The notes below the pieces were generated by a model that worked only from the letters and a program-made list of their open reading frames with translations, ran no database searches and was not told the origin of the DNA. From Tetramitus jugosus (taxonomy: Eukaryota; Protista; Heterolobosea): DNA of 64,000 nt. This document shows, piece after piece, positions 50,080 to 63,087 of the stretch. A program made the position numbers and the translations under genes. The DNA is taken from positions 620,001-684,000 of the forward strand of contig OW569345.1 in NCBI GenBank assembly GCA_937625935.1, read 5' to 3'. Within the stretch, counting starts at the first letter, position 1. Every line of letters begins with the position of its first letter.

Positions 50080-52599
50080 ATGGGCTCTCTCTGGAGAAGT
50101 GAGGATATGGCATTGGTCCAAATGACCATGCAACGTGAGGCTGCTCATGATACTGTCGAATCATTGGGAGAGTTGGGACTTGTTGAATTCAAGGATCTCT
50201 CTTCTCATTTGAACGCCTTCCAAAGACAATACGCAGGTCAAGTCAAAAGATGCGAAGAATTGGAAAGAATTTTGAGATTTTTCGAAGAACAAATCTACAA
50301 GTCTGAATACTCAAAGACCATGAAGCTTGTCAAGCCTCGTGGTGATGAGGAAGCAGCTGATGAATCATTGGATGATTTGGAGGCAAAGTTTAATGACTAT
50401 GAGCAAGAATTGAGACAATTGCAAAGCAACTTGGAACAAATGATGACTGAGAAGAACAAGAGTGAAGAATTGTTGTACGTTATTAGATTGGGTGAACACT
50501 ATGACTCTGAGTCAAGCTACAGCACTGACTCTAGTGTTGATGCTCAGGCCAATTTGTTGGATGCTGATACCACTCTTAACATGAGACAAACTTCTGGATC
50601 TTTGAGCAACTTGACTGGTGTCATTGCCAGCGACAAGATTCCTGTTTTCTCCATGTTGGTTTTCCGTGCCACCAGAGGTAACTGTGTTCCTCGTTTTGCT
50701 GAAATTCAACAAGAGTTGTTCGATGCAAGAAGCAAGAAGAATATTAAGAAGTCTGTGTTCACCATCTACTTTGGTGCTAATAGAGCTCGTGATAAGATTA
50801 GAAAGATTTGCGAGTCTTTGAATGCTTCCATGCATGATATCCCTGAAGGTGATGTTAACATGATTACCAGAAATTTGGATCAAAGAATTGATGAGATTGA
50901 TGTGACCATCAACACCACCAAGGATCGTGCCAGAGGTATTTTGGGCGATATCTCTGCTTATTTGATTCAATGGAAGAGAAAGGTTGCAAAGGAGAAGGCA
51001 ATCTTCCACACTATGAACTTGTTCGACTACAAGATTCAAAATTCAGTGATTGCTGAGGGTTGGGTTCCAAAGAAGCACTTGGAATTGGTCAGAATGAAGA
51101 TGGATGAAGCAATCAGCTCCTCTGGTTCTCAAGTTCACAGTTTATGTGAAGAGTTGCACACTGATGAAGTTCCACCTACTTACTTTGAAGTCAACAAATT
51201 TACTGGTGCATTCCAGGATATCGTTAATGCATACGGTATTCCAAGATATAAGGAAATGAATCCTGGTGTGATGACAATCATCACTTTCCCATTCTTGTTC
51301 GCAGTTATGTTTGGTGACTTTGGTCATGGTATTATCCTCACATTGTTCAGTTTGTCAATGGTGTTGCTCGAGAAGAAGTTGAAGGCACCTGCTGAGGCTA
51401 GTGAATTGTTCGGTATGATCTATCACGGTAGATATGTTATGACACTCATGGGTCTCTTCTCTATCTATACTGGTTTGTTGTACAATGATTGCTTCGGTTT
51501 GGGTTTCAATTTGTTTAATTCTCAGATTAACGGATGGGGTGTTGATGAGTGGAATGCTTACTTTGCAAAGACTATTGAGAAGCCAAGAACTTACGTGTTT
51601 GGTGTTGATCCAGCATGGTTCGGTGCAACTAACAAGCTTCAATTCTACAACTCCATGAAGATGAAGATGTCTGTGGTGTATGGTGTTGGTCAAATGATGC
51701 TCGGTATTATTTTCTCTGCATTCAACCACGTCTACTTTGGCGACTACATTGATTTGTTTGTCGAATTTATCCCTGAAGTGCTCATTTTGATGTGCACTTT
51801 CGGTTACATGGATTTCTTGATCATCTACAAGTGGGCTCGTGACTGGAGATACAGAACACCTGGAACTGTTGTTCCTGGTGTCTTGGCTACCATGACTGAC
51901 TACTTCTTGCATCCTTGGGGATTGCAAGAAGAACCAATTTTGAACAGCGGCAAGGTTCAATTGATCATTCAATTGGTATGCTTGGGATTGGCTGCTGTCT
52001 CTGTTCCTGTTTTGTTGATTCCAAAGCCACTGTACGAGTACTTCCACCACAAGAAGACTCACGTTGACCACAAGAAGTATGACAGCTTTGAGGATGAACA
52101 TGACCATGAACACGAAGCCATTGATGTTCATGAGTCACACGCTCACGGAAGCGATGAGGAACAAGAGGGTCTCTCTGAACTCTTCATCAAGCAATTGATT
52201 CACACTATCGAATTCGCTTTGGGAGCTGTTTCTAACACTGCTTCCTATTTGAGATTGTGGGCTTTGTCATTGGCTCACGCTCAGTTGTCTGAAGTGTTCT
52301 GGAGTATGACAATGGAAGTTTTGCTCACTTTGTCGACTGAAGGCTCAACCATGGAGATGGTACACAAGGTCTTCATTAACTCTGGTATTGCATTCGTTCC
52401 TGTGTTTGCAATCTGGTTCGGTGCTACTGTTGGTGTTTTGCTCGGTATGGAAAGTTTGTCTGCATTCTTGCACGCTCTCCGTCTTCATTGGGTCGAATTC
52501 CAGAACAAGTTCTACAAGGGAGATGGTCATCTCTTTGCACCACTCAGCTATGCTGAAGTCTTGGCGGCTGCATCAAAGAAGCCAGAGATTGAAGAGTAA
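50080..52599 (+). CDS. V-type H+-ATPase V0 subunit a
   Basis: MGSLWRSEDM, ITFPFLFAVMFGDFGHG, NSMKMKMS, HTIEFALGAVSNTASYLRLWALSLAH, SAFLHALRLHWVEFQNKFY. Confidence 0.98.
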   Translation: MGSLWRSEDMALVQMTMQREAAHDTVESLGELGLVEFKDLSSHLNAFQRQYAGQVKRCEELERILRFFEEQIYKSEYSKTMKLVKPRGDEEAADESLDDLEAKFNDYEQELRQLQSNLEQMMTEKNKSEELLYVIRLGEHYDSESSYSTDSSVDAQANLLDADTTLNMRQTSGSLSNLTGVIASDKIPVFSMLVFRATRGNCVPRFAEIQQELFDARSKKNIKKSVFTIYFGANRARDKIRKICESLNASMHDIPEGDVNMITRNLDQRIDEIDVTINTTKDRARGILGDISAYLIQWKRKVAKEKAIFHTMNLFDYKIQNSVIAEGWVPKKHLELVRMKMDEAISSSGSQVHSLCEELHTDEVPPTYFEVNKFTGAFQDIVNAYGIPRYKEMNPGVMTIITFPFLFAVMFGDFGHGIILTLFSLSMVLLEKKLKAPAEASELFGMIYHGRYVMTLMGLFSIYTGLLYNDCFGLGFNLFNSQINGWGVDEWNAYFAKTIEKPRTYVFGVDPAWFGATNKLQFYNSMKMKMSVVYGVGQMMLGIIFSAFNHVYFGDYIDLFVEFIPEVLILMCTFGYMDFLIIYKWARDWRYRTPGTVVPGVLATMTDYFLHPWGLQEEPILNSGKVQLIIQLVCLGLAAVSVPVLLIPKPLYEYFHHKKTHVDHKKYDSFEDEHDHEHEAIDVHESHAHGSDEEQEGLSELFIKQLIHTIEFALGAVSNTASYLRLWALSLAHAQLSEVFWSMTMEVLLTLSTEGSTMEMVHKVFINSGIAFVPVFAIWFGATVGVLLGMESLSAFLHALRLHWVEFQNKFYKGDGHLFAPLSYAEVLAAASKKPEIEE

Positions 52600-52909
52600 G
52601 AACTCGTCGATATCAAATAAATATTTTGTATTCAATCCATCAACTATGAGAAGTTTCACACACTCTTTACATGTTCATGCGTTGCAGTTCCCAATGCCGG
52701 CAACTCCTCAAGATATCTCGGTGCAGAAATGTCAAACCCTGGGGGTGAAGGGGAATTTCTATGTTAGAAGCAATCCACCCTGACAGCGGAAGCTTTCACA
52801 ATTTATTTGGACTGTACTGATTTTGACTGCTGCTTGATTTCTTGCTTCACAAAACAAATCAAAACACTTCTCTGTAACAACAACACAAACAAGGTAGTTA
52901 ATACTTACG

Positions 52910-54448
52910 ATGCATATTCAATTCAATAGCCACCCAACACACCAAGCCCACCATACCATCCAAAATGGAGAGTACTTTATCAAGAACAAGTCCACTGGCT
53001 TAGCTCTCGATGCCAACACTGGTGCCTATCAACAGCACTCCCCTGCTCATCCTCGTGCCTTCATGTACAGCCACAACCCATCTGCCCCTAACCACAAGTG
53101 GGTTCTGGAGAGACAATCCAACGGTGCCTTCATTCTCAAGACTCGTTATCACTCTGGTCGAGAAATGGCTCTCGACGGTAACACCAATGTTCCTCAATCA
53201 GGTCAGCACCCAGCTCCGTTCCTGTACACTGCCACACCTCATGCACCAAACCATCAATGGTGGTTGAAGCCTACTGGTGATGGCATCTCGTATCTCATTG
53301 TCAATGCTGCCAACGGATTGGCCCTCGACGGCAACACATCTGGCAACCAACAGCACAGCTTCCAACATGCTTCTCCATTCTTGTATGCTGAGACTCCACA
53401 CGCTCCAAACCATCACTGGATTATTGAGAGAGTGCCTGCACCTGCACTGGCCGAAGGAAAGTACCTCATTGTGAACAAGCAAACTCAACAGGCTTTGGAC
53501 TTTAATCATGGAGCTGCCATGCAATTGTCCCATGCTCACCCTAGAGTGTTCACCTATGCACCTACTCCATCTGCACCTAATCATCAATGGACAGTGAGAA
53601 ACACTGGTGTACCAGGTGAGTACTTTTTAACGACTGACAATGGAATGGCACTCGATGGTAACGCCAACGTACCAAACGTGTCACCAAGTCATCCAATGCC
53701 TTTCCTCTACCCATTGACTCCAAGTGCTCCAAATCACAAGTGGAGAATCCAACCAGTGCCACACCAATTCAACACATTCTTCATTGTCAATGTTGCCAAC
53801 AATATGGCGTTGGACGGAAATGTAGGTGGTGCTCCTCAGCACATTCACAGCCACCCATCTCCATTCATGTGGGCCAAGACTGACCACGCTCCAAACCATC
53901 ACTGGGAGTTTAGATTTGCAGGATCTGTTGCACCATCAACCAATAACACTATTGGTTCATTGATTGGTGGTTTGATTGATGTGAGTGCACAATGGATTGG
54001 TCAACAACAAGCACCTTATCCAACTCAACCAATTCAACCTGTTGTTCACCATCATCAACCACCACATCACCACCAACCTCACCACCACCACCAACCACAT
54101 ATTCATCATCAACCACATATTCATCACCAACCACATCATCCACAACCAGTGATTGTCAGTGGCGGTGTTGCCATGGATGAAGGTGCATTCAATGGTTTGT
54201 TGAATTCTATCAAGAAGGGTTCCTTCGAATCTGATAGAACTAGCATCATTAGCTCTGCTGCAGCTTACAACCACTTCTCATGCAACCAATTGGTGAGAAT
54301 CATTCAAGTATTGAGCTTTGCTGGTGAGAGAGAAAATGCTTGCAGACTCATTATTCCAAGAATTGTTGACAAGCACAACTCCCATGTTGTTTTGTCTGGC
54401 TTGACCTTCAGCAGTGAGAAGGAGAAGGTGAGCGCAATGTTCCGTTAA
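52910..54448 (+). CDS. Tandem ricin-B-like beta-trefoil protein with His/Pro/Gln linker and DUF4476-like C-terminus
   Basis: Six ~50-aa repeats (Y/F)xIxN..ALD(G)N..HP..F(L/M)(Y/W)..APNHxW; C-terminal AMDEGAFNGLLNSIKKGSFESDR..FSCNQL..IVD..LTFSSEK. Confidence 0.8.
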   Translation: MHIQFNSHPTHQAHHTIQNGEYFIKNKSTGLALDANTGAYQQHSPAHPRAFMYSHNPSAPNHKWVLERQSNGAFILKTRYHSGREMALDGNTNVPQSGQHPAPFLYTATPHAPNHQWWLKPTGDGISYLIVNAANGLALDGNTSGNQQHSFQHASPFLYAETPHAPNHHWIIERVPAPALAEGKYLIVNKQTQQALDFNHGAAMQLSHAHPRVFTYAPTPSAPNHQWTVRNTGVPGEYFLTTDNGMALDGNANVPNVSPSHPMPFLYPLTPSAPNHKWRIQPVPHQFNTFFIVNVANNMALDGNVGGAPQHIHSHPSPFMWAKTDHAPNHHWEFRFAGSVAPSTNNTIGSLIGGLIDVSAQWIGQQQAPYPTQPIQPVVHHHQPPHHHQPHHHHQPHIHHQPHIHHQPHHPQPVIVSGGVAMDEGAFNGLLNSIKKGSFESDRTSIISSAAAYNHFSCNQLVRIIQVLSFAGERENACRLIIPRIVDKHNSHVVLSGLTFSSEKEKVSAMFR

Positions 54449-54477
54449 ATTCTCAATGGCCCATTGATAAATCAATT

Positions 54478-57004
54478 TTATTTTAAACTATTCTTACAGT
54501 CCACTTTCTTAGTTCGTTGAGAACCACCAATTGAATGCCGCCTCGAAGAAGAGTGAGTCGCATTAGAACTCATAGTGTGAGTAGCGGTTGCGGATGATGG
54601 TCTTTGGGAGAACAAAGCGCAACTCGGTTTCTTCTTCCGCAACTTCTTCGGACGATTGGAAGACCTTGCCATTTGTTGGAGGGCTAAGTCGATATCATGA
54701 ACTTCTTTGGTTACTTTGTTCATAACTCTGAGTTGTTGCACTGGCTGAAGAACTGTACTGGAAGGAGTGTCTGAAACTCTGCCAGCTTCTCGTTTCTTCC
54801 GAGTTAGCATGCTACCTTCCAATGCTCCTTGTATTAATGTAGCTTGTGGTTGGTGGTCATAATTCTCCTTGTCTTGTTCGTACGCAATTCGTTGTTTCTC
54901 GTACCGTTCTTGCAGTTCTTTGTACTCTTTCAATTGCTTGGCTAGAATATGTCCATAATGGTCTGCACTACCGACATTGGTTGTTGGTGGAGAGGATACG
55001 ATAGATGAAGGAGCACTACTGGTGGCTTGAGAGATCTGATCATTTGGTGTTTCCACTTGGTTGATTCTGTATTCTAATTGCTCTGTGATAGATTGACTAT
55101 CCTCGGGAGGTAGATTAACATCTGTTTCTCTGTTCTCCTTCTTCTTTTTTAACTTAAGTAGATAGTTTTGTAGTTCATTTTGTCGAACTGATTGTCGATA
55201 ATATTTTTCCTTGACTGACCTATACTTTCTTGAAAGATGGTTCATTCCTTCTTTTGATTTCTCTAGTTCGATCCAAAACTTTTTCTCAACTTCTGATATT
55301 GAATCTTGAGAATTCTTAGTCTTAGCTGTCAGTACATCTACTTCGTATCGAAGTGAGTTTCGTTCTTCAGCTATCTTTTTGAATGCTTCATCTAGAGTCT
55401 TGTTCGTTTCATTGGCAATTTGAAGCTTATGTGTTAATTCAGTTATGTTCTGTTGTAGAGAATTTACTAGCTCATTACATTCTGAACCTTTCATAGAAAC
55501 ATGGCTTTCTGCGAGTTGTTTTTTAAGATTATCGTTCTGAACTTTCATTTGAACCGAGAGCTTCTTCACTTCGAATTCCAACTTTTCTCGGAGAGTGTTA
55601 TTCTCTCGGGTTTTTTGTTCGATAGAAGATAGAAGTTGAGCTACTTCTCCAGATAGTTGGGATTCCCTGTTCTTCTTGTTCTCATATTTTTTAGTAGTCT
55701 CGGCGAGTGATAGTTTGAGAGCAGTTACGAGTTCTGTCATACTTTGAAGGGAGATAATGAGATCCTTCTTCTCCTTTTCGTGTTGGGTTACTAGTTTTTC
55801 TTTCTGGTCCTCACTGTCCCTTAACCGAAGAGTAAAACTCTTCATTTGTTGATCAAATGACGATTTGTAATCATTCTCTGTCACAGAGGAGCTCGATATT
55901 TGGGCTTGTAGTTGAGATATCACTCTTTTGAATTCTTCTCTTTCAAACTGTCTCGACATGTGGTCAGATCTCAGTTGTTCTTCGAGTTCCCTGACTACTG
56001 TCTCGAGTTCCCTCTTCAAACCAACATACACCGATTCATTATCATGAATTTGTTTTGTGAGAGAAGTAATCTGATTCTTGTATTCTTGAACCGTCGTTTG
56101 ATTGTCTACATCTACTGTACCCATTTGTTCTTTCATCTTCTGGTTGTTTACTTTCTCTTGTTGAATAACTCGTTTCATTTCAGCATTATTCTTTTCCAAA
56201 TTGTTGCATTCCTCTTTTGTGTGTTCAAATATTATCGTCAGATCGCTTCTCAATTCCTCAAGAGTTTTAAAGTAGGAAGTGCCAAGAATTTCAGATGGAC
56301 TCTGATTCTGAGCTACTTGTCGAAGAGACGAGACTAGCTCATCAAGATCAGTCGTTTTCAATAGACACACAAGGGATCGAAGTTCGTTTTCCATCAAATA
56401 CACTGCTCTTGTGTTGTCTTTGGACAACTAAACGAGTGTCAGTAATCAATAAAATTTGTAAAAGAAGATAGTTTCAATTACAAACCTGTGATTTTAACTT
56501 GCATTCCCTGTCGTTAAATTCGTGAATTAATCGATCAATCTGTGTGCTGTGCTTTTTTTGCATGGCCTTGTAAGCATTGCTCCATGAAACAACTTCTTCC
56601 TTCAGACCTTCAATCGTAGCTCGAAGTTGAATCGCTTCACCACTGTACCAACTCGTAAGTAGGTTTCTTTGAATTAACAACTGCAAAAAACAAGAAGAGA
56701 TACATACGTGGGAGATATCGTTATATCGAAATGATTCGTATTGTTACTGGATAAGATCGAGGAGTGAGTATCACTCTGAGTCATACCGTAAAGTTGTGTG
56801 AGTCAACTTTTTCTTTTAACAAAATGAATTGATATCAGATCTTATACTCACATTGTCATTCAGGAAAGAGTGGCTAGTGTGACCACTGGAATTCGTCTCT
56901 GCGGACACAGTGTCAGGTTTGGTCGGAAGATTTGAACTATTGGAAGATCCCCTCGTGATGTTGGTGGTGATATTTCCTCTAACAGTTTGATTTCTTCCTT
57001 CCAT
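54478..57004 (-). CDS. Multi-exon coiled-coil protein
   Basis: Long E/K/Q/L heptad ORF joined to the 56486-56680 region via 58-bp intron 56428-56485 (GTTTGT...TACTGAC...TAG); 5' exon structure uncertain. Confidence 0.6.
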
Positions 57005-57130
57005 TGTTGTTGTGGAGTTAATTTTCTTCTCTTGACGAACAACAATATATCGTAGATTGGCGCGAATATTCTGGCGGGAAAGCTCTTGACTTTGTTCAAA
57101 ACCTAAATGGTGAGAAAATAGAACCGATCT

Positions 57131-60100
57131 TTATTGTTCGTTACTTTGAACCACCTTCATTTCAATTCTTGTATCATTATTCATTTCATCATGCGCAGTT
57201 TTGGCCTTGCTCTTGGCCAATGTTGGACGTCCACATAGCATGAATGCCAGGAATGCACCAACCAACATGAGAAGCAACAAGACAATGGCAAGTGGAATTC
57301 CAAGACCTAGACCCACACCGAGGCCAATGGCAGTGGCACGAGAATTGGTCTTTACAGAGTTGGGAGAATCTGGCGAAGGAGGTAAAGAGATTAACTTGTC
57401 ATATGTGACCATGACAAATGATGGTTCATCTCTGGTTGAAACTGTACAGGAACAGGTCACATTGTGAGAAGATGCTCGGACAAGGACACATACATTGTCA
57501 TCTTGCATCCACATTCTACTCACATTGTCAAAGTATGTACAACGAGGTTCAAATTGTTCCTGTTCTTGTAACATGGTTCTTCTGACAACAGGTATTGAAG
57601 CCGGGATGGTAATCCTCACATTATTGATATGAGCTTTCTCAAGTGTGGTGTAAAGTTGAGCAGAAACAGCAACTGCAGAAACAATTGTTGAGTTGATAGA
57701 CTCTTGATAAGAGGAAAGAATGGAGGGAATGTGAGCTGTGGAGAGGATCTTGGAGAGCACAAATATATCTTCATCGTTCTTCTTCCATTGGTCAAGAGAT
57801 ACCGTATCAGAGGAGGATATACCTATTTGATCATTGCCTTGCATTGGAATGGAAGCCAAGAATTTGGTTTGAATCAACAAATCACTTGAGAACATTGAAG
57901 AGAACAATCTAACATCATTGAATCCTCCATAAATCTCATTGGAGTTCAATTCTAAGCCATGAGCAACAAGGGTTTGAATTTCATCCAATAGCGAAACAGA
58001 GATAGAAGCAGGATTGGTGAAGACTAATTGATTGAGCATCTGAACAACATTCTGAACAATGTTGCTAAACTTGATCTGACGAGGTGGAGAGGATGACATG
58101 GCATTGATCATCATTTTCTTACATTCAGCAACTGTTATTTGTGTCATTGACATGAGAGATGCGATGGTCTCTTGTGTCAACATGTTGACCTCATTCTGTG
58201 ATGGTGTATACTTCAATGAATTTGAACTCAATTGCTCAAATAATGATAGATCAACTCCTTGTTCCTTTACAATATCTCTAAAGAGTGATTCTGTGACTGT
58301 TACCATTCTTTCAATCATTGCACTTTGGTTATTCGAAGAAGAAGACACTCTTCTTAATTTTGGTTGATCGTTTCTCAAGACATGAACGACAATGTCACTC
58401 AGAATCATCCAATTTCTGAGTCCATGATATCCATGATTATTGACCAGATCGAATTCATTCACTACATCAGACACTCTGTCGATGAGCAACGCATCTGGTT
58501 TAGAAACTGTGATCCTTTCTACTGTTTGTGATTGAGCACCAAATCTGTCTCTCACAGTTAAGATAAGTGAAAAGTTTCCTGCAGGTAATTTCGTTTTGAG
58601 AGAAGGTTCAACACTTGCACTAAAATGGAACAATGAGTCATTGAACTCATCGGAATTCAAAGTCCATTGATATGTAAGTGGTTCATCTGAATCAATCCAT
58701 CCAGTTGCCAAAAATTCAAACTCAGTGTCCAAAGCAACTCCGCTCTTGGGTTCCACTTTAATTATTCCCGAATGTGGTGCGGTGTTAACACTGAATCTAG
58801 TGATGGAAGAACCAGTTCTATTCTGTGAATCTGTGCATCTGACTTCTAGAGCATATGTTTCACCTGGAATCAGACCAGAGGAATAGAGAGACAAACTGTT
58901 CTTCATCATGTTTCTCACCATGCTTGTACTAATGATCGAATCATTGAGCAACCAGTGACAAGTGTATGATGTCTGTGCTTGAGTTCGAATTGTGAATGAA
59001 ATTGTAGGTGAGGCTTCTTTGGAGATGTAGAACCCTGGTGTTGAGGTGAATGCTACAAGTGGGATAAGGGAACTAGTTGCCTGAACAATGATACAATCAC
59101 TATCAGATCTTGATGCAACATTGAATGCGACACAGAAGTTGTACGAGTTAGATTCAGTCATTGCCCTTGGAGGAATTGTCACAATAGCACTATTGACAGA
59201 ATTTAGAGCATTAAGTATAGAAGGAGGGCATTGACTACCAATGGAGCTCATACTACACTCCCATGAATAAACTGGTCGAATAGAGAGTCTCTCCGGATCA
59301 AAACATGAAGCTTTGAGGAGCATTGGAGAGTCAAATGCTACACTTCGATCACCACCCTCAATTGAAGCAACCAAATCTCTCATCATTACCTGAACAACCA
59401 CAGTTTGAGTGAGGACTAAGGTACTCTGCGATGTTGTCACTTTAAACTCAAATTCATAACTTCCAACTGATTGGAATGCGTTTGGTTCGAAAATCAAATC
59501 AGGCCCAGACACTCTTCCCTTAGCAGACAGACCAGATAATTGATTCCATGAATATTCCAAAGTTGATCTTTTGTCAACTGGTAAACAAGAGTCAAATTGA
59601 GCATATCCATTCAAAGCAAAGCTTTGAGCGATAAAAGTCTTTTGCGCAGATGGTCCCCCAATATTAATGAACAAGTCAGTCAAAATGTCATGGGATCTTT
59701 GTCGTCCAAAAGTAATTGGTTGTGATGGAACACCACTTTGAGTTGTTACAATTAATTGGAATTGAATGATCTGTCCTCTTTCCATCATTCTTGCTGGAAT
59801 AGTTGCTATAGACACTGTTTGGTTAGCTAAAATCATATTGATCTGAGTTGTGTTGGGACCCACAGCTTTCCAGCTGTACAACAATGGTTCATTTCCATTG
59901 TGTGAGTATGAAAGAGATCCATTCAGAACCAAATCGCTACAATAGGTAAAACTCTGATTGACGGGCATGATAGCCACAGGTCTCAAATGTTCGCATTGGA
60001 CACCAAAATAATCAGTTTCACAAGCACATGAATCTGGTGCTCTGCATTCTCCATTTCCAGAGCATGTGGATGAATTATCTGCAGGGATCTGGAAGCATCT

Positions 60101-63087
60101 AGGAATAGAGCAATCGATACCAGAGAATTGATTGGAACAATGACATTGATTAACATCAAAGCATGAACCGTGACCAGAGCATACTTGAGAACTATTATGG
60201 TTCACAGAGAAACAATCAAATTGATCACACTTCACACCATAATATCCATCAAAGCAAGTACATTTGTCAAAGTCAATACACGAGCCATGACTTGAACAAA
60301 CCTTGGAGCTGTTGTACTTTTCATCAAAGCAATAGAATTGTTCACAATTTCTTCCGTAAAATCCATGTGAGCAGGAGCAATTGTTGAAATCAATGCATGA
60401 ACCATGGCTTGAACAGACACTCGCATTGTTTTTGCTCACAGAAAGACAGTTAAACTGCTCACATCTACTACCATAATATCCATCGGCACAATGACAAGTA
60501 CATGAACCATGGCTAGAGCAAATCTGAGAATTAGTATGAGAAACATTGAAACAATCATAGTGTTCACAATTTGACCCATAATAAGGAGCAGAGCACGAGC
60601 AATTATCGACATCTAGACACAAACCATGACTAGAGCAAACATTGGAACTGTTGAAGTTCATGAAGAAGCAATCAAATTTCTCACAGTTACTTCCATAGTA
60701 TCTACCGGAGCAAGTGCAGTTATTACCTCCAACACAACTGCCTCTACGAGAACATACCGACGCATTCTGAGGCAAAATCCCGGCACAAGTGAACTGGTCA
60801 CAATGTTTACCATAGTATCCATCATTACAATGATTAATAAGAACCATGGTATTTTCACCTCCAGTAAAAATTTGTAAAACCTCGTTTTGACCAGGGGTTG
60901 GAATCAAAACAGGTGAATTCCTTAATATTTCTGTTCCATCACCAAGTGAACACTTTCTATTTATTCCCCATGCATACACTTTTCCTTCTGAATCGAGAGC
61001 CACTGAGTGGTACTTGCCGGCCGCAATCTGTACTATCGTCTGGTTTTGAAGCATACTCACTGCCGTTGGAATGTATAGAGAAAGAATATTACCATGTCCT
61101 AGTTGTCCATACCCATTTCCCCAGGTGTATACCTCTCCTTCGTTAGTCAATGCAATAACATGACTTGCTCCTGCGTCGATTTGGATCACAGTTTTGTTCA
61201 CAAGAGTTTCATTCGTATCTACATTGATAGGTTCAACCAATATACCTGTGTAAAATCCCAGTTGACCATTTACATTATATCCCCATCCATAAATCTTTCC
61301 CTCATCGCTGAGTGCCAATGAGAATGCATCACCTACAGCAATTTGAATGATTTTCTTGTTTTCGATGAGGGCACCACTAACACGAGTAGGAACACGGGGC
61401 CAAATTACACCCCAGTGAAACAACTCTGACTTGTCAGTGAGTGCCAATGTATGGTACGATCCAGCATCCACTTGAGTAATAATACTTCCATTCAATGGGC
61501 TCATATCCAATAGAACTGGCTTTTCTCTGGTAAGAGTTGTTCCATCACCCAGTTGGCCGAATAGATTACTACCAAATGCGAGCAATGATCCATCATCAGT
61601 CAGTGCTATTGTGAAATATTCTCCAGTGGTTACTTGAATGATGGTTTGATTCGTCTCCACTCTAGTTGATTGTTCTGCAAGAAATGTTTGTTCTGAACCA
61701 AGAATGTAACCATAATTTTTAAACATACTGAGCGAGCCTCCCCATACATAGAGTCCTCCTTTTGTACTAACCATTGAATGTGTATTCACGTCAATGGATG
61801 TAATGGCGAGTGACTTGTCTTTATGGTTTTCTTGCCATTTCATTAATTGGAGTTTGGTTCTATCGTCATTTTGTCCCAATTGCCCCAATTCATCATTGCC
61901 CCAAGAGTAAAGGAATCCTTCAGAGTCTTTAACTATAGTGATGGAAGCACCACAGGAAACTTCAACAATCTGCTTTCCACTCAATGGTCCATTCATGTCA
62001 ACTTCAATCGGTAGTATCTGCTGTGTATCATACCCACCGTAGTTTAGTTGTCCTGCACTACTTGCTCCCCACGCAAACAACTTTCCGTCACTGGAAACTG
62101 CAACTGTGAAGTCTCGACCGACCGAGACTGCAATCATTGTCTTTCCACGTAGTACACCACCGGTATAAACGGGCCTGGGGACATTGGAAAATTGAAGAGT
62201 TCCTTCACCGAGACTTCCATACGAGTTTGAACCCCATGAAACCACTTCACCATCACTAGTGATTGCCACAACTTGTTGTTCACCAGTAGATAATTTGGTA
62301 ATGTTCTTGTTCCTCAGAAATCCGTTTACGTTGACAGCAACTGGATCAGCTCGAGTAGTGGTTGTACCATCGCCCAATTGCCCTCTAGCATTAATACCCC
62401 AAGAATACGCTCTTCCTTCATCGGTCAACACAACGACTAGACTAATCCACACATGAATTTGAGTTACAAACTTTCCCACGAGAGCTCCTCCAATCTCTTT
62501 TGGAGCAACGTTTCCTCCCCATTGATACACCTTCCATTCGAACCCAAAGCATAGGAGAGTGAGGAACCAGCAGCTACTCGAACAATAAATGTTTCGTTGA
62601 GAGGAGCGACTGTCATATCAACAAGGACAGGAACTTGACGGAAAGTTGTTGTCCCATCTCCAAGCTGTCGTTGGGAATTTAGACCCCAAGCATACACTTG
62701 ACCTTCACTAGTTACTACCAATGCATGGTAGCTTCCAATAGCCCCATGCACTACCTTTTGTCCAACGAGTAATCCTTTGACTTGTGTTGGAGTATAGATG
62801 TTTGTGTTGGCATCCACACCCAGACCCAAATTTCTATACAAATTGCTTCCCCAAACAAACACTCTCCCATCTTCAGTCACAACCATAGAACCAGAGGTGG
62901 GACCAGAAGAAATATGAAGAGTAGTGTTAGCAATTTCACTGATATCCACTGGCCTTGCTGGTTTGGTTTGTGGCAACAGAGGACCACTGAAGTAAAGACC
63001 AGCAAACTTCACTCCTTGTTGTAAGGTCAAGTCACTGAGAACTATGACACACAATAAAAAAAACAATGCGTACAAGATTACTTTCAT
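57131..63087 (-). CDS. Type I surface protein: signal peptide, RCC1 repeats, EGF repeats, REJ/PKD, GPS-like motif, single TM; apparent 1-nt frameshift near 62532
   Basis: RCC1 VYAWGxNxxGQLGDG; EGF CSSHGxC..CxCxxGYYGxxC; REJ-like VASIEGGD, P(K)SGVALDTEFEF..GW.D; GPS-like CTYFD..W..C..VTCSC; TM AIGLGVGLGLG. Confidence 0.85.

Noticed and set aside
52730-52785. Imperfect hairpin TGTCA..GGGTG..CACCC-TGACA as a SECIS or MITE
   Set aside because: No in-frame UGA in the neighbouring genes, no TSD and weak pairing
62515-62530. 16-nt GT...AG micro-intron as an explanation for the RCC1 frameshift
   Set aside because: Far shorter than other introns here and would delete the conserved VYQWG motif
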